From Eledone cirrhosa (taxonomy: Eukaryota): DNA of 64,000 nt. A program made the translations under genes and the position numbers. The notes beneath the pieces are model-generated. The model saw only the letters and a program-made list of their open reading frames with translations, had not been told where the DNA came from and ran no database searches. Positions 14,525-28,805 of the stretch are shown here, piece after piece. The DNA lies in assembly GCA_964016885.1 (NCBI GenBank), contig OZ024747.1, positions 48,918,001 through 48,982,000 on the forward strand. Direction: 5' to 3'. Position 1 is the stretch's first letter; the number at the start of each line of letters is the position of its first letter.

Positions 14525-15284
14525 GTTATCTATCTATTACTTTTGAAGTTTAATATTGCTTGGGCTTCTGATTTTATTCATGTCTTAACAATGATATAGT
14601 TATTACCACCCTATATTTTGCTAATAGGTTAATAAATTTGTATAGGGGTTTAATAATAAAATATTTAAAAATGGGTAATAATATTTAAAAAAATTATTGG
14701 AATAAAAATTGGAAAAAGAACGGAGAATAATTCAAAGGAGATTATCATAGTAATAGAGATATATGATCGGCTCTGTTTATATGTAGGATGTGTATCGATG
14801 TATTTATGTTGGTTTAGATGTTGTTATTATATCTGGGTAAATATTGAATTTATAATACAAATTGATATAGGTAATGATTATATAAGTAATTGTGGAATGT
14901 GTTGATAACGTAATAACGTTGTTACATGTAGTAAGAAATACAATATACTTAAGGCGGCTGTGGGTACTAGTGGGGAGTTTGTTAGCTAATTTCGACTGAA
15001 ACTAAATATATGAGCGAGAGTAGTTAAAGTAAATATATGATCAGATTAGAAGCATGTAGAGGTTAGAGAAGGAAAGATGAGAAGTGATATGTGATAAAAT
15101 AGATGTGAACCAATATATATATATATATATATATATAACCAAAGATTCATATACTTCATTGATTACTCAATGAATATAGTTTTACAATAGATTAAAAGCA
15201 CTCTACAAGAAAGTTTTCTGGAGTTATTAATATTATTCAAAATATTAATAAATGAAGACATTAGTTTGCTTTTAAAATAACTTT

Positions 15285-15320
<36 letters not shown>

Positions 15321-15327
<7 letters not shown>

Positions 15328-15690
15328 CAAAATATTAATAAATGAAGACATTCACATAATCAAAATATATATTTTATTATATATATTTCGAAGGTACTGT
15401 GCTGTTTTTTTTTTCAGTACGTCCTCGTCAGATAAAATACATGAATTGATGTATGACATACCTCAACGATCTTGATGGTTCAATTCCAGTATTGGAATAC
15501 TGGAATTGAACCATATACTGCCAATACTGGAATTGAACCATCAAGACCTTTGAGGTATGTCATACATCAATTCATGTATTTTATCTGACGAGGACGTACT
15601 GAGAAAACAGCACAGTACCTTCTAAATATATATAATAAAACATATTTTGATTATGTGAATGTCTTCATTTATTAATATTTTGAATAATAT
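15321..15690. repeat. Fold-back palindrome of PLE pseudo-LTR (family B)
   Basis: Arms are reverse complements with few mismatches, centre ~15505-15520. Confidence 0.9.
15370..15439 (-). ncRNA. Minimal type I hammerhead ribozyme (family B)
   Basis: Minus strand tattttat-CTGACGA-ggacgtactg..cagtaccttc-GAAA-tatata-TA-ataaaata; mirror copy at 15577-15642 has GAAA>TAAA. Confidence 0.8.
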
Positions 15691-15741
15691 ATATATATAT
15701 ATATATATATATTATTCAAAATATTAATAAATGAAGACATT

Positions 15742-15790
<49 letters not shown>

Positions 15791-15896
15791 CCGTCGAAAC
15801 GGCTTGAGCTCAGCCGTCGGGGTCTTACTTGTTCCTATATATATATATATAAAGTAAAGTTATTTTAAAAGCAAACTAAGAGTGATGTAGAAGAAA

Positions 15897-16014
15897 TAAT
15901 TGTTTCTACTTTAGGCACAAGGCCAGCAATTACCCAGTGCATTACTGGTACTTTATTTTATCGACCCCGTAAGGATGAAAGGTAAAGTCAACCTCGGCGA
16001 GATTTGAACTCAGA
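15897..16014 (-). mobile_element. tRNA-derived SINE (major family), 5'-truncated
   Basis: Reverse complement of the SINE body. Confidence 0.85.
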
Positions 16015-16269
16015 TGTAGAAGAAATAATACATTGCATTTATCAATAAGCTATGGTTAAATATTGAATCAAAACATATTGGTATACGGAACGGTGTATGT
16101 TTCGGGAAGTGTAAACATATATATAGAAGAATTGTGAGAAAATAAAGCGTTTGTATAATTATGAGTTTAGTAAATTACAAAGGGTGATAAATAACCAAAA
16201 GGTTTCAACGTAGGTTTGGAGGAAACAGAGATTTTAAACTTGCCTGACTATATATAGAGAGAGAGAGAC

Positions 16270-16562
16270 CCGGGTGTAACACATGAGCAAACTAAGCACA
16301 CAACACACACAAAAACAATATGGCGTAGGACAGAACAAAGGAGAGGCACAAAACAAAGAAAAGAATCCCCAGTCACTGAAGAGGTCACAGAATGTGTGAC
16401 GAATGAACTTTGACAATATATGAACAACCGTCCTGTTGTGGAACCAACCAGCCAACCGGAAATTTATAAATTCTTAAATTTATAAATTTAATTTATAATA
16501 AATTGGAGTGAAAGCAACTGGTGCGTGTGTTTCTTATTGGTAACATGGCCCTCCCAAAGTAT

Positions 16563-16570
<8 letters not shown>
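16270..16570 (+). mobile_element. PLE pseudo-LTR (family A) with degenerate hammerhead at 16372-16414
   Basis: Near-identical to 265-550; CTGAAGA intact, GAAA>GAAT. Confidence 0.7.
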
Positions 16571-16626
<56 letters not shown>

Positions 16627-16875
16627 TAAGCTTCGCCAAGGTTAACAAATGATAAGAGAAGACCGGCAGAAGAGATGTCTGTATTGAATGCATTGTCTTG
16701 TTTACAGTGTGTGTGTATTGTGTGTGTGTGTGTGTGTGTTTGTATATATATATATGAGTGTGTGTGTGAGTGTGAGTGTGTGTATGGATATATATATATA
16801 TATGTGTGTGTGTGCGTACGTGTGTGTGTGTGTGTGCGTGTGTGCTTGTGTGAGTCTTCGTGTGTGTGCGCGCGC

Positions 16876-16920
<45 letters not shown>

Positions 16921-18050
16921 CCACCGTTGGAATCGGAGACATAGGCCACGAAACACGATCATCACTGACAACGAACTTGCAGAGAGAATCCCTTATGGTA
17001 GATTCCCAACCTGCTAGAAATAGCAGTCAGGTTGGTTAGCATACGTGGTATGTCTTTCTTATTCTTTAGTGTTATAAAATTAGTATCAATAAACTTGCCT
17101 GGATATACTCTTATCCCAATCCTGTACATACTTTCGGATTGTCACTTTTCGTTTTTTTCGTGTGATACGCGAAGGAACCAACCAACAAACATCTCTCTTT
17201 TATATCTCTTTTATTTGTTCATTCAAAATATTTTTCAGCTAATTCTGTCGTTCAATATACATCAGCAATCGATATCTAATGTTTAAAATATATGAATAGC
17301 TGCGATATATGCACCATATCAATCAAAAACGATATGAGAATTGAATACCATACTAAAGCGCCAGTAAGCTTGCTAAGAATTTGCAGATAGAAATGTTAAT
17401 AAATACAACATTTGGCTTGGGTAAACTTTAAGATGTTCTTTCATTGTAGGCTTCTTTTCTCAGCCAGTACGTTAAAGAAAATTGATAGTTACAACAATAA
17501 AGGTTGAACAGAGAACAAATGTTTTAACAAACTTTACAATAATTTGTAAAACCATGATGGAAATTCCAAGTAACAGAAAATACATAAATTATATTGTTAG
17601 AGCCTCAGAGTATACAACATTTTTTGTTCGCCGCTCGGGAGCAAAGATGAAGAGATTGTTTGACGAGCTCACTCGAGAGCATCCTACAATGGGGAAATGG
17701 ACATTTCCTTATCTCTACCTCGTATTGCAAGGCGGTTATCTTTATTTCTCTTAGAGTTGTATGAAATGTATTCGCTTAACACGCGCGCTGATGAACCTGG
17801 GTGTTTCTTTCCATACAATCATCTTTTGGCGAAACAAATCTCCTTAAGTTTGTACGTGCGTGATTTATAGTTATAAAGGTGGGTAAATTCATTCTGATTT
17901 ATATTTTTAATTATTATGCATTTACCTCACCTTTCTTAGTTTATAGATTCCATACACTGGTGGTTTTCCCTGAACATTGATAAACACACGCTCTTTCTCG
18001 TGTGTGTTATATTTTATATATATATTATATATATATATATATACATATAT

Positions 18051-19285
<1,235 letters not shown>

Positions 19286-19524
19286 TACTATAAATATAAT
19301 ATACCGCATTTGCCGGCCTAAATATGGTAAAATCGAATGAAGTGATTAAAAAAGTTGGGGTGAATTAATATAAATAAATTGGGGGTTAAGTGAGATGCGT
19401 GGAAAGAGGCCGGATGGTTGAATAAGGGGAATATATGAAGTGAATTGGATTGAAACAATATTGGGGTATTGGTTGGGGTAGTTCGTTATTGGTAGTTAAC
19501 CTTTGTATATATATTGGGAGCCAA

Positions 19525-19935
19525 TATAGTGGTTGTTGGTCCAAGATAGACTACTTTCTTTATCTATGTTACTCTCACTCTGGAGCTTCCTGACAACATA
19601 TCCATGCATGATCTTTTGCTGATAAGCATGAATTATTTCATCCTTGGATTCATTGCGATACTGCTGGGCAACTTCCCTGCGTGTGAGTTTTTGGTTATCA
19701 TGCAGGGATTATCTCTTAAGGAGTTCCTTCCCAACTCTCATGATCTTATCTGTTTCATGCAGATAGGCTTGCTCAATAGATGGGCTCCCACGCTTCGAGG
19801 TTCGTAAATGGTGTCGGAGGGATATGATGCGACATTCAAATGCTGACTGGACTGATGTTAGGCCTCTGCCTCCCTGCTTACGTTTCAAGTAGAGGCTGTC
19901 TATGTCACTGTTGATGTGGAAGTTTCGTCTATCGT
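19525..19935 (-). pseudogene. R4/Dong-type (RLE) LINE fragment, post-RT region
   Basis: NFHINSDIDSLYLKRKQGGRGL; paralogous to NFNINGDVDRLYFSRKEGGRGV in 26522-27634. Confidence 0.85.
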
Positions 19936-20115
19936 CCAATCGAGTATTCCAAACGTTGGTGTGAGGTTAGGCACATCAAACACATTGTGAGCCACTGTTT
20001 TATTGTGCGCAGAGAGTTATGTATGGATGTATGTATGTATGTATGTATGTATGTATGTATGTATGTATGTATGTATGTATGTATGTATGTATGTATGCAT
20101 GTATGTATGTATGTT

Positions 20116-20718
20116 ATGTCAGGTCACCAGTTGGTGCTACTGGTAACATGTATCCCAGTACAACCTGTCCCATGGTCGGGTCGTTGGCGACTAAACTGGC
20201 AACCCCACCAAGGTTTCTTGGTGAGGAGGGTGACTTTGGACATCCTGCAGGACTAAAAACAAAACCTGGCAAAGGAGCTCTTAAGAGTCAATGGCCATCC
20301 AAAATCACCGGGAGAGATGACCCCTTAGCCTTTGTCAAGGCAGAATTCTAAGAGAAGGAAAACTCTGATATAACACCTGCAACCCTGATGGTATCCAATG
20401 ATGTTGACTTATTCTTCTTTTTGGTAAATATCATCTTGGTTAAGAGAGTGGGACTGGCTTTGTGCAGTGCCTTTGCTCACTATAAAAGCTTCACGGCACA
20501 GGCATTGCTTTATATCTGGAGATCTCTCTACACTTGTCGTCACATGGTACCAAAGGCCCAACACTATGTGTCAATAATTGTCACAGGTGTAGTGTTTGTA
20601 CCAGAGTTTTCAAGTCGCTGGCTGGACTAAAAGTCACACTTGTTTAGCGCATCGGTAGGGGTTCTCCTACATGGATATAAAGTAGTGGCCGTACTCGAAA
20701 ACGAGTTGGCAGCCACCA
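20116..20718 (+). mobile_element. Unclassified repeat flanked by (TATG)n, resembling an RTE-type 5' UTR
   Basis: Related copies at 20745-21290, 52275-52572 and 52998-53430; contains a gagaaggaaaactctga motif I recall from RTE 5' UTRs. Confidence 0.6.
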
Positions 20719-20744
20719 TGTATGTATGTATGTATGTATGTATG

Positions 20745-21290
20745 TCGGCTCACTCTTGATTGAGTGCTACTGATAACATATAGCTCAGTACAAACTGTCG
20801 CATTGTCTGGTCGTCGGTGATTAAACCGGCAACCCCACCAAGTTTATTTGGTGGGGAGGGTGATTTTGGACACATGCTGGACAAAAATCAAAACCTGACA
20901 AAGGGCAAAATAACTCATGAGTCAACGGCCATCCAAAAATGTGTAAATATGCATATACATGTGTATATGTATATATGTATATACATGTATACATACGTGT
21001 ATATATGTGCGGGGACGTAGAAATAATCGGGTTGGATAACCGATCGCGTGGTTAAACCACTGGGAGTGAAGGACCCCTAGCCTTTGCCAGGGCATTCTTC
21101 TAGGAGAAGGCAACTCAGGAAACTGGGATAACTCCGACATAAACCTGCGGTTCTGTAGTTACCCATGATGTTGATCTTTTCTTCTTTTCGGGTTATAGCT
21201 ACTGACGCTCAGAGAGTGGGATTGGCTCAGTGCACAGTCTTTCCTCACTTTAAAAAACACCCACAGGCATTACACGATAGCATTCATTGA
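20745..21290 (+). mobile_element. Second copy of the (TATG)n-associated repeat
   Basis: Colinear with 52998-53430. Confidence 0.6.
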
Positions 21291-21381
21291 GAATGTTATA
21301 TCGTGCAATGACCATACTCGATAACGAGGGAGCAGCCATCAAGTATGTACGTAAGTTTGTATGTATGTGTGTATGTATATC

Positions 21382-21417
<36 letters not shown>

Positions 21418-21515
21418 ACAATAATTGTTTCTACTTTTGATGGATATATATATAAGCACGTACATTCCAAAATACACATAAATATACATTTACATATCTG
21501 ATTCACATGTGTCTG

Positions 21516-21589
<74 letters not shown>

Positions 21590-21670
21590 ATATATACAAT
21601 CGCACACTCGCGCAAGCGCAGACACTCATATATATATACACTCACACACACATATATATTTATATATATA

Positions 21671-21704
<34 letters not shown>

Positions 21705-22006
21705 TGTGTTTACATATGTAAATGCATATACATTAAAGGAGTGTGGGGCGTGTGCATATATGCGTACAATACCACGCCCCTGTGCTTCGGGCGCAGAATT
21801 ACTTTCATATTTAATAGAAAAACCAGTTGCAATGAAAATATTATTTTGAATTATGAATCATATTTTCAATAATGTCTGATTGAAATATAATATGGAATAT
21901 TAGTGAATTATTTCATTGTAATATCATATAGTTTAATATCACCAGTTGAAAGGATAAATATTATAATATCTGGCTGTTCATTTATGTTTGTTTACACACA
22001 CACATT

Positions 22007-22041
<35 letters not shown>

Positions 22042-22211
22042 AAGTATGACCCCGACGGCAGAACTCAAGCCGTTTCGACGGCTATTTCTGGACTAAACGG
22101 CTTGAGCGCTGCCGTCGGGGTCATACTTTTTTCTATTTCCCATTCTACTACCCTAAGTATTGAGTACTCTGGTGCGTTATGGTCCATCTGGTTCCTTACC
22201 ACAATTCCTTC

Positions 22212-22304
<93 letters not shown>

Positions 22305-22974
22305 AAGTAAACGAGTTTTCGTTTAAGCTAATCCAAGTAGAGGTTACGAGTAATCGGGGCCGTGGTGGATTTTAACGTGCGGTGTTGGTTGACTGAACAA
22401 GATGTTTCCTTAGTTGCGGCGTCCGGATGACCGATTTCGGACAGTTCCTAGGTAAGCAGTTCCTGGGGTATTATAATGAAAGAGTGAAGAATAAAACGGA
22501 TAAGCTATACAGTAGGGTTTCTTCCAAGAAATAACATGTTACTCTCGGTAGAAGCGAAGGGTATATAGACTTGATATGAGCGAGAAACAGTGACCGTCGA
22601 TTACTCCCCTTTGCTTTTGGCGTAATCATTACTTTAAAATTAATAGCAAATGGTCTTCAAAATGTTTTAAAATAAACATACTGAATAATATCAAATATAC
22701 TATACGTACATTTATATATATATATAGGTATTAGGGGTGCAAATTAATTGCGTCCGTAAACAGTATGCCAAGATGAGCAGCCGATGCTCATGGGGAGCAG
22801 AGTATCAATAATAATAACTCTGATTCCAGAGTCAGGATCGATCATTAATCGATCGTTCCGTTCCACGAGATGATCGACAGTGAAACATATGTAATATGAC
22901 ATTAAATATGTATATGATGCAACGGCGGGATTTGAACTCAGTCCGTAAAGGGACGTAACTCGGTGACGCCATTT

Positions 22975-23125
22975 TTTGCAGCACAGAGTTGCGTCCCTTT
23001 ACGGACTGAGTTCAAATCCCACCGAGGTTAACTTTGCCTTTCATCCTGGCGGGTTCGATAAAATAAAGTACCATTAATATACTGGGGAAATTGCTGGCCT
23101 TGTGCCAAAACTAGAAACAATTATT
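22975..23125 (+). mobile_element. tRNA-derived SINE with inverted partial copy at 22923-22961
   Basis: SINE body; the upstream 39 bp are the reverse complement of its B-box region. Confidence 0.8.
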
Positions 23126-23361
23126 ATTCTTATTTTTTTCATTTCATTTATCTTGCTTCCTGTTCATACGAGTTATCACCAAGTCACAACCAGAGACCTC
23201 AAGAGACAAGGTCCGCCATGTTCAAGAAAGAACACATACACACACACATGCATCTTTAGGTGTTTAGACCTGTGATGTACTTATATTGACAGAATATTCC
23301 TTAGTATATGGGCAGTTCCCATCATTATTGCTATTATTATTATTATTATTGTTATTGTTAT

Positions 23362-23830
23362 TCCTTGAATCTCAGTCATTGATGTTGGTTAACTGGAAAG
23401 TCCGTTGGATTGAATATCAAGCCACTACCTGCAGCCTCAGATATTCAGGACGTATCGGAGGGTTCTTGCCGTTCCAAGCAAGCATGCCTTTTGAAGCGTT
23501 CCAAAAAGCGTGAAGGGGCCGATTTTCTTTAACCATCCCTGGAAACCTTTGGAGATAGTCCCCAGTGCGCCTATGACAATCGGGATCACTTTGACTTCAT
23601 GGCAGTTCCAAATCCTTTTCACCTCCCACTTTAGGTCCTGGTATCGGTTAATTTTCTCCCTCTCCTTCTCTTGCACTCTCGTGTCGAACGGGCAGGCCAC
23701 ATCCACAATCAGGCACGATCTTTTTTCTTTGTCCACAACCACCAGGTCAGGTCTATTGTGTTCCAGTTTTTTGTCCGTCTGTATCCTAAAATCCCACAGC
23801 ACCTTCACCTGACTGTTCTCCATCACCGCC
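23362..23830 (-). pseudogene. R4/Dong-type LINE 3' end: restriction-like endonuclease domain plus 3' UTR, in (TAA)n
   Basis: LWDFRIQTD..HNRPDLVV..IVDVACP..EKINRYQDL..IPIVIGALG; (TTA)n on both flanks. Confidence 0.92.
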
Positions 23831-23845
23831 TCTGGCCTATGCTCA

Positions 23846-23887
<42 letters not shown>

Positions 23888-23888
23888 A

Positions 23889-24080
23889 GGGCGGTGGATT
23901 GGCAGTATCAGTAGAGGGCCGGACGCCATGCTTTGACGCATAGAGTTACGGCCCTTGCCATTCTGAGTTCAAATCCCGCCGATATTAACTTTGCCTTTCA
24001 TCCTTACGGGGTCGATAAAATAAAGTACCAGTAATGCACTGGGTAAATTGCTGATCTTGTGCCAAAGGTAGAAACAATTA
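23889..24080 (+). mobile_element. tRNA-derived SINE (major family), full length
   Basis: A box, B box, body and (TTA)n tail. Confidence 0.88.
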
Positions 24081-24082
24081 TT

Positions 24083-24221
<139 letters not shown>

Positions 24222-24270
24222 AATAAAATAACAGGAGGCTGGGCTGGTGTAAATCCTTGAAAAGTTTATT

Positions 24271-24328
24271 ATACTATGATCATTTCAATGACCAGGTTCC
24301 GTATGAATCCGGTGATATCCTCAGGTAT
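24271..24328 (-). ncRNA. Minimal type I hammerhead ribozyme (family D)
   Basis: Minus strand atac-CTGAGGA-..accggattc/gaacctggt..-GAAA-tgatca-TA-gtat. Confidence 0.7.
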
Positions 24329-26201
24329 TCGAAATATAACAAAGGAATATATAAAATCCATGGGTCCGAAAATCAGAGACAGAGAGGACGACTGACCAAC
24401 TAGCTGCTTTCACCTCGGTCAGTCGCCCTCAAGTGATGGCAACTCGGTCTACTAATGACCATCTGGTGAGGGGCCGAAGGCTTATAATGTACTACCACCT
24501 CTCCGTCAGAGAATAAAAAATGAGAAGAAAGAAAGAAAGAAAGAAAGAAGAAAAGTCAGCGTAACGGTCACACTACAGTCATGCTAGAAGACGCCGCGAA
24601 AAATGTTCCTTGTGGGGAATATTCGGATTTCGACAAAATTCTACGTATTATACTTAAGCATGTATTGTATTGACTGATTTCTCTACTTTATACCTCAGGA
24701 CTCTTTTGTGACTCACGCTGAATTCGAAGACCCGAACTTTACACTAGGTACCACCTGATACCATACCATCTCTTCCATCCTCTATATCTATGTACAACCT
24801 TGTAACTTTATTGCACTGGTTAATTGCTGGCCTTGTGCCTAAAGTAGAAACAATTATCTTACTGCAATTTGATCTATTTTGTATTTCCCCATTGCTTTGA
24901 TTCTTCCGATATATTCTTATATATTTCCGTCTTACTACATCACTACCCTAGCTATGACGGCGTTTTATTTATGTATTTTACTTTTTACTTTTTACCTTAT
25001 TAATGTATTTTTATTAATGTATTTTTTTTATTTTTTTTATTTTTTATCCTTGTATTTTTATCTTTGTATCCTGCTTTTATTTATTTGTGATTTTCTGCTT
25101 ATTATTCCTTACTCAGGTCATTATGCACCATTCATAGCTCCCTGCCCACCAAGGACCCACACTACTTATAACCCGGAATAACTGGGACTTAAAAATAATT
25201 ATACTCTATTGGCACTTTTCATTGGGTTTTACCACTTTTGACTGATGTGGGGGATTTCCCGGCTGTGCCCCGGGCGCTCGGAAAGTTCAGCCTCCCTTAG
25301 AAAAATAAATTTTCCCCTCTTTCGGTAAATGAAACTACTCGGAGCGACTCGATGTGCCCCGGGGCCCGCCGCACCGCCTGTTTTGACCGCCACATTATAC
25401 TCATAACTATAAACTCTAGGCTTAGGCATAACCGTAGCTGTATCATGCCTCCCTGTGCTGGCACGTAAATAAACCCCTCCTGTGTGAATTAATAGTATTC
25501 GTTTGGTATAGACGATGGCCTGTAGAAGCTGGTTGACTTCTCGCTGACACACTCGGAGCCTACCACAGTTACGTTCCTAGAGTACTCGGAAAAATTAATT
25601 TCCATTTATTTCGCTAGACGATACCACTCGAAACTGGCTGACACGTGGTTAGGAGGTGCAGGCTGGGATTTACAATCGAAGGCTTTTATCTTTACTCTAT
25701 ATCCCACCTTGATAACATATCGAGATTCCCTATAATACACTTAAACTTTTTCATATAAGACTATCTGTAATTTCATTAAATAAATCTCGCAACATAAACC
25801 TTTAATTTTCTATTAATTTTCTAATAATTTAATTTCATCCCATAACTCTTAACATAAGTTAACGTTCCAATTTTCTGTTCACACATTAGACCATACAGGC
25901 ACCCATATATATGCCTGTGTTAAAATATGGGTTCTTTGGAATAACATTTTTCGCGGCGTCTTCTAGCATGACTGTAGTGTGACCGTTACGCTGACTTTTC
26001 TTATTTCTTTCTTTCTTTTCTTTTTTATTCTCTGACGGAGAGGTGGTAGTACATTATAAGCCTTCGGCCCCTCACCAGATGGTCATTAGTAGACCGAGTT
26101 GCCATCACTGACCGAGGTGAAAGCAGCTAGTTGGACAGTCGTCCTCTCTGTCTCTGTTTTTCGGACCCATGGATTTTATATATTCCTTTGTTATATTTAG
26201 A

Positions 26202-26259
26202 ATACCTGAGGATATCACCGGATTTATACGGAACCTGGTCATTGAAATGATCGTAGTAT
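26202..26259 (+). ncRNA. Minimal type I hammerhead ribozyme (family D)
   Basis: atac-CTGAGGA 26206...GAAA 26244-tgatcg-TA-gtat. Confidence 0.7.
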
Positions 26260-26499
26260 AATAAACTTTTCAAGGATTTACACCAGTCCAGCCTCCTGTT
26301 ATTTTATTTATAATAATTAACTCTGTATTAGCACCACCAACTACACAAACGAAGACGGGTGACCTGCACTACGTTGAGTACTCTCCATAATATTACATCA
26401 AGATTGACCATACGGAATGACCAATTCTATCCAGTGGTGAACCAACAAACCTAAATAAATATATATATATATATATATATATACATACATTCATTCATA

Positions 26500-27710
26500 C
26501 CTCAGAAGAGTAAAGAAAATATTGTCATCAGAACTGTCAGCGTACAACAAATGCATTGCCCACAAATCTTATGCTGTGCCAATTCTAACGCCAACATTTG
26601 GCCTGCTGAACTGGTCATTGCAAGAACTAAGTGAGATGGATGTTAGAATTTGTAAACTTCTCAGTGTTACTGGGAACTTTAACATCAATGGTGATGTGGA
26701 TAGGCTATACTTCTCACGCAAGGAAGGTGGCCGGGGTGTAAAATCAATATTAACAACATATGAGACCCGGATAGTAACACTGAAGCAACACCTTCAACAG
26801 AGGAAAAAGGTTGGCAACCGTCTTGCCCAGGTTTATGAGCATGAAAAAAAAAATATCATTAGAATAGCGACTGATCTGGAGGAGAGATATGGAATAAAGC
26901 CTGATATAAATCTCTCACCCAGAGAAATCGGAAGATCCGATTCAATGTTCAAACAAGATAAAAAAATTGACCAATTTACAGAAAAAGTTGTGCATGGATA
27001 CTTGAGGCGTAAAACACAGACCATAGAGGGGATAAACCACTCAAAAAGCCTGGCATGGAGTTCCGACAAGTTTATGACATCACACCTTCAGGGATATCTC
27101 TATGCAATACAGGAACAAGAACTCCCTACCAAATATCTGCTGCACAAAAGAGGAGGGCCAGCAGCTGACAATAAATGTAGGCTATGTAAAACAAAGATCG
27201 AGGATGTAAGCCACATTGTTGCCAGCTGCGAAAGAATGTCATCTCGCTACTACCTCCCCATGAGACACGATGGGATAGCTAGAACCATCTGGAACGCACT
27301 TCGGAAAACAAAATTAACAACAAACGAGGAAGAATATATTAGGACAGATGGCACTAAGGAATACTGGTGGAACATGAAAATAAAAACTGCCACCAAATTG
27401 AAGCACAACCGGCCTGATATTGTTGCTTTGGACCACACATTGAAAACGTGTTCTGTTGTGGAGATCAGCTGCCCACTTGATGTAAACGTTGTCAGAAAAA
27501 TACAGGAGAAGGAGGACATCTACGGACCATTGATGAGGAGTTTACAAATCCAGTATCCAAGATACACCTTTAGCTTCATACCCATCATTATTGGAGCTAC
27601 GGTTTATATACAACCCGCTTGGACCAAATTATGACTGAACTTAGATTTGCGGACAAAAAGCGCAGCTCCCTAATTCATAGTCTACAAATGGCTGCGATTC
27701 AAGGGATGAC
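26500..27710 (+). pseudogene. 5'-truncated R4/Dong-type LINE: RT thumb, CCHC zinc knuckle, RLE endonuclease
   Basis: 370-aa ORF with CRLC..E..SHIVASC, RHD, HNRPDIV, VEISCP, EKEDIY, IPIIIGA. Confidence 0.92.
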
Positions 27711-28377
27711 AATTTCTTTTCTTTTACAACCTTGCCACCAGGAAGGTGGCCGGTCAAAAAAAAAATATACTCGAAATTAAGAGAAAGAGATAATATATAT
27801 ATAACTAAACGATGAACATTTCAGTGTGACATCTATTTATTGCTTAACGGTGGTTTCTGTGACACTTCTGTTCGTGTTTATACTAGAGGAATTGCAAGAC
27901 TATTTACAGCCTGAAAGTCTCATGTCATTTCAGCAGGTCAATTATTGTCTCCAGTCAATTATTGTCTCCAGTCAATTATTGTCTCCAGAATTATTGTCTC
28001 CAGTTATTAACATTATAGTTGTATATCCCGATAAATATTTCAAAATATAATATGAAAATGAAGAATTAAATAAAGACTGAATCGATATATAGGAGAAACT
28101 GCGGAATATATAATATAAGCTCTGTTTCTTCTAACTCACAGAATTCTCTAAATTTTAAATCCGAAGAATCATATAAAATAGAAATTCTAAAAATACTTAT
28201 TATACCTGATAACTTTGAAAGTACTACGTCTTAAGTTTTTACATATACATATATTACCTAATAACTTTGAAAGTACTACATCTTAAGTTTATATATATAT
28301 ATGTGTATATCTGATATATATGTATATATATAGATTCGTGCACATGTTCATGTGCACTTTTGTATAGTTATATATAG

Positions 28378-28422
<45 letters not shown>

Positions 28423-28470
28423 TATTCATTCAAAATATTAACAAAAATAGAACTTCATTGTGATCAAGTA

Positions 28471-28537
28471 TATTTTATTATACATATTTCAGAGGTACTG
28501 AGCTAACTTCAACACTACGTCCTCATCAGATAAAATA
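28471..28537 (-). ncRNA. Minimal type I hammerhead ribozyme (family B)
   Basis: Minus strand tattttat-CTGATGA-ggacgtagtg..cagtacctct-GAAA-tatgta-TA-ataaaata. Confidence 0.72.
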
Positions 28538-28705
28538 AGATGTGCATGTTAATATTTTTGTTAATATTTTGAATGAATATTAATAACTCCGGAAAACCTT
28601 TACTGTTGAGTGCTTCCAATCTATTGTAAAACTAATTCTTTGATTTATTCATCGAACCTCGTTTAACCTTTAAATATATACATATATATATACATATATA
28701 TATAC

Positions 28706-28747
<42 letters not shown>

Positions 28748-28805
28748 GGCGAGCCATAACCAGCTTCCTTTCTTAACTTTAGGAAATGAGAATAAATATC
28801 GTTCG

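Noticed and set aside
22729-22760. Mariner-like TIR (tattaggggtgcaaattaattgcg)
   Set aside because: No matching second TIR or transposase remnant found.
23889-23980. tRNA genes at SINE heads
   Set aside because: A and B boxes are present but I found no cloverleaf, and each continues into the SINE body.
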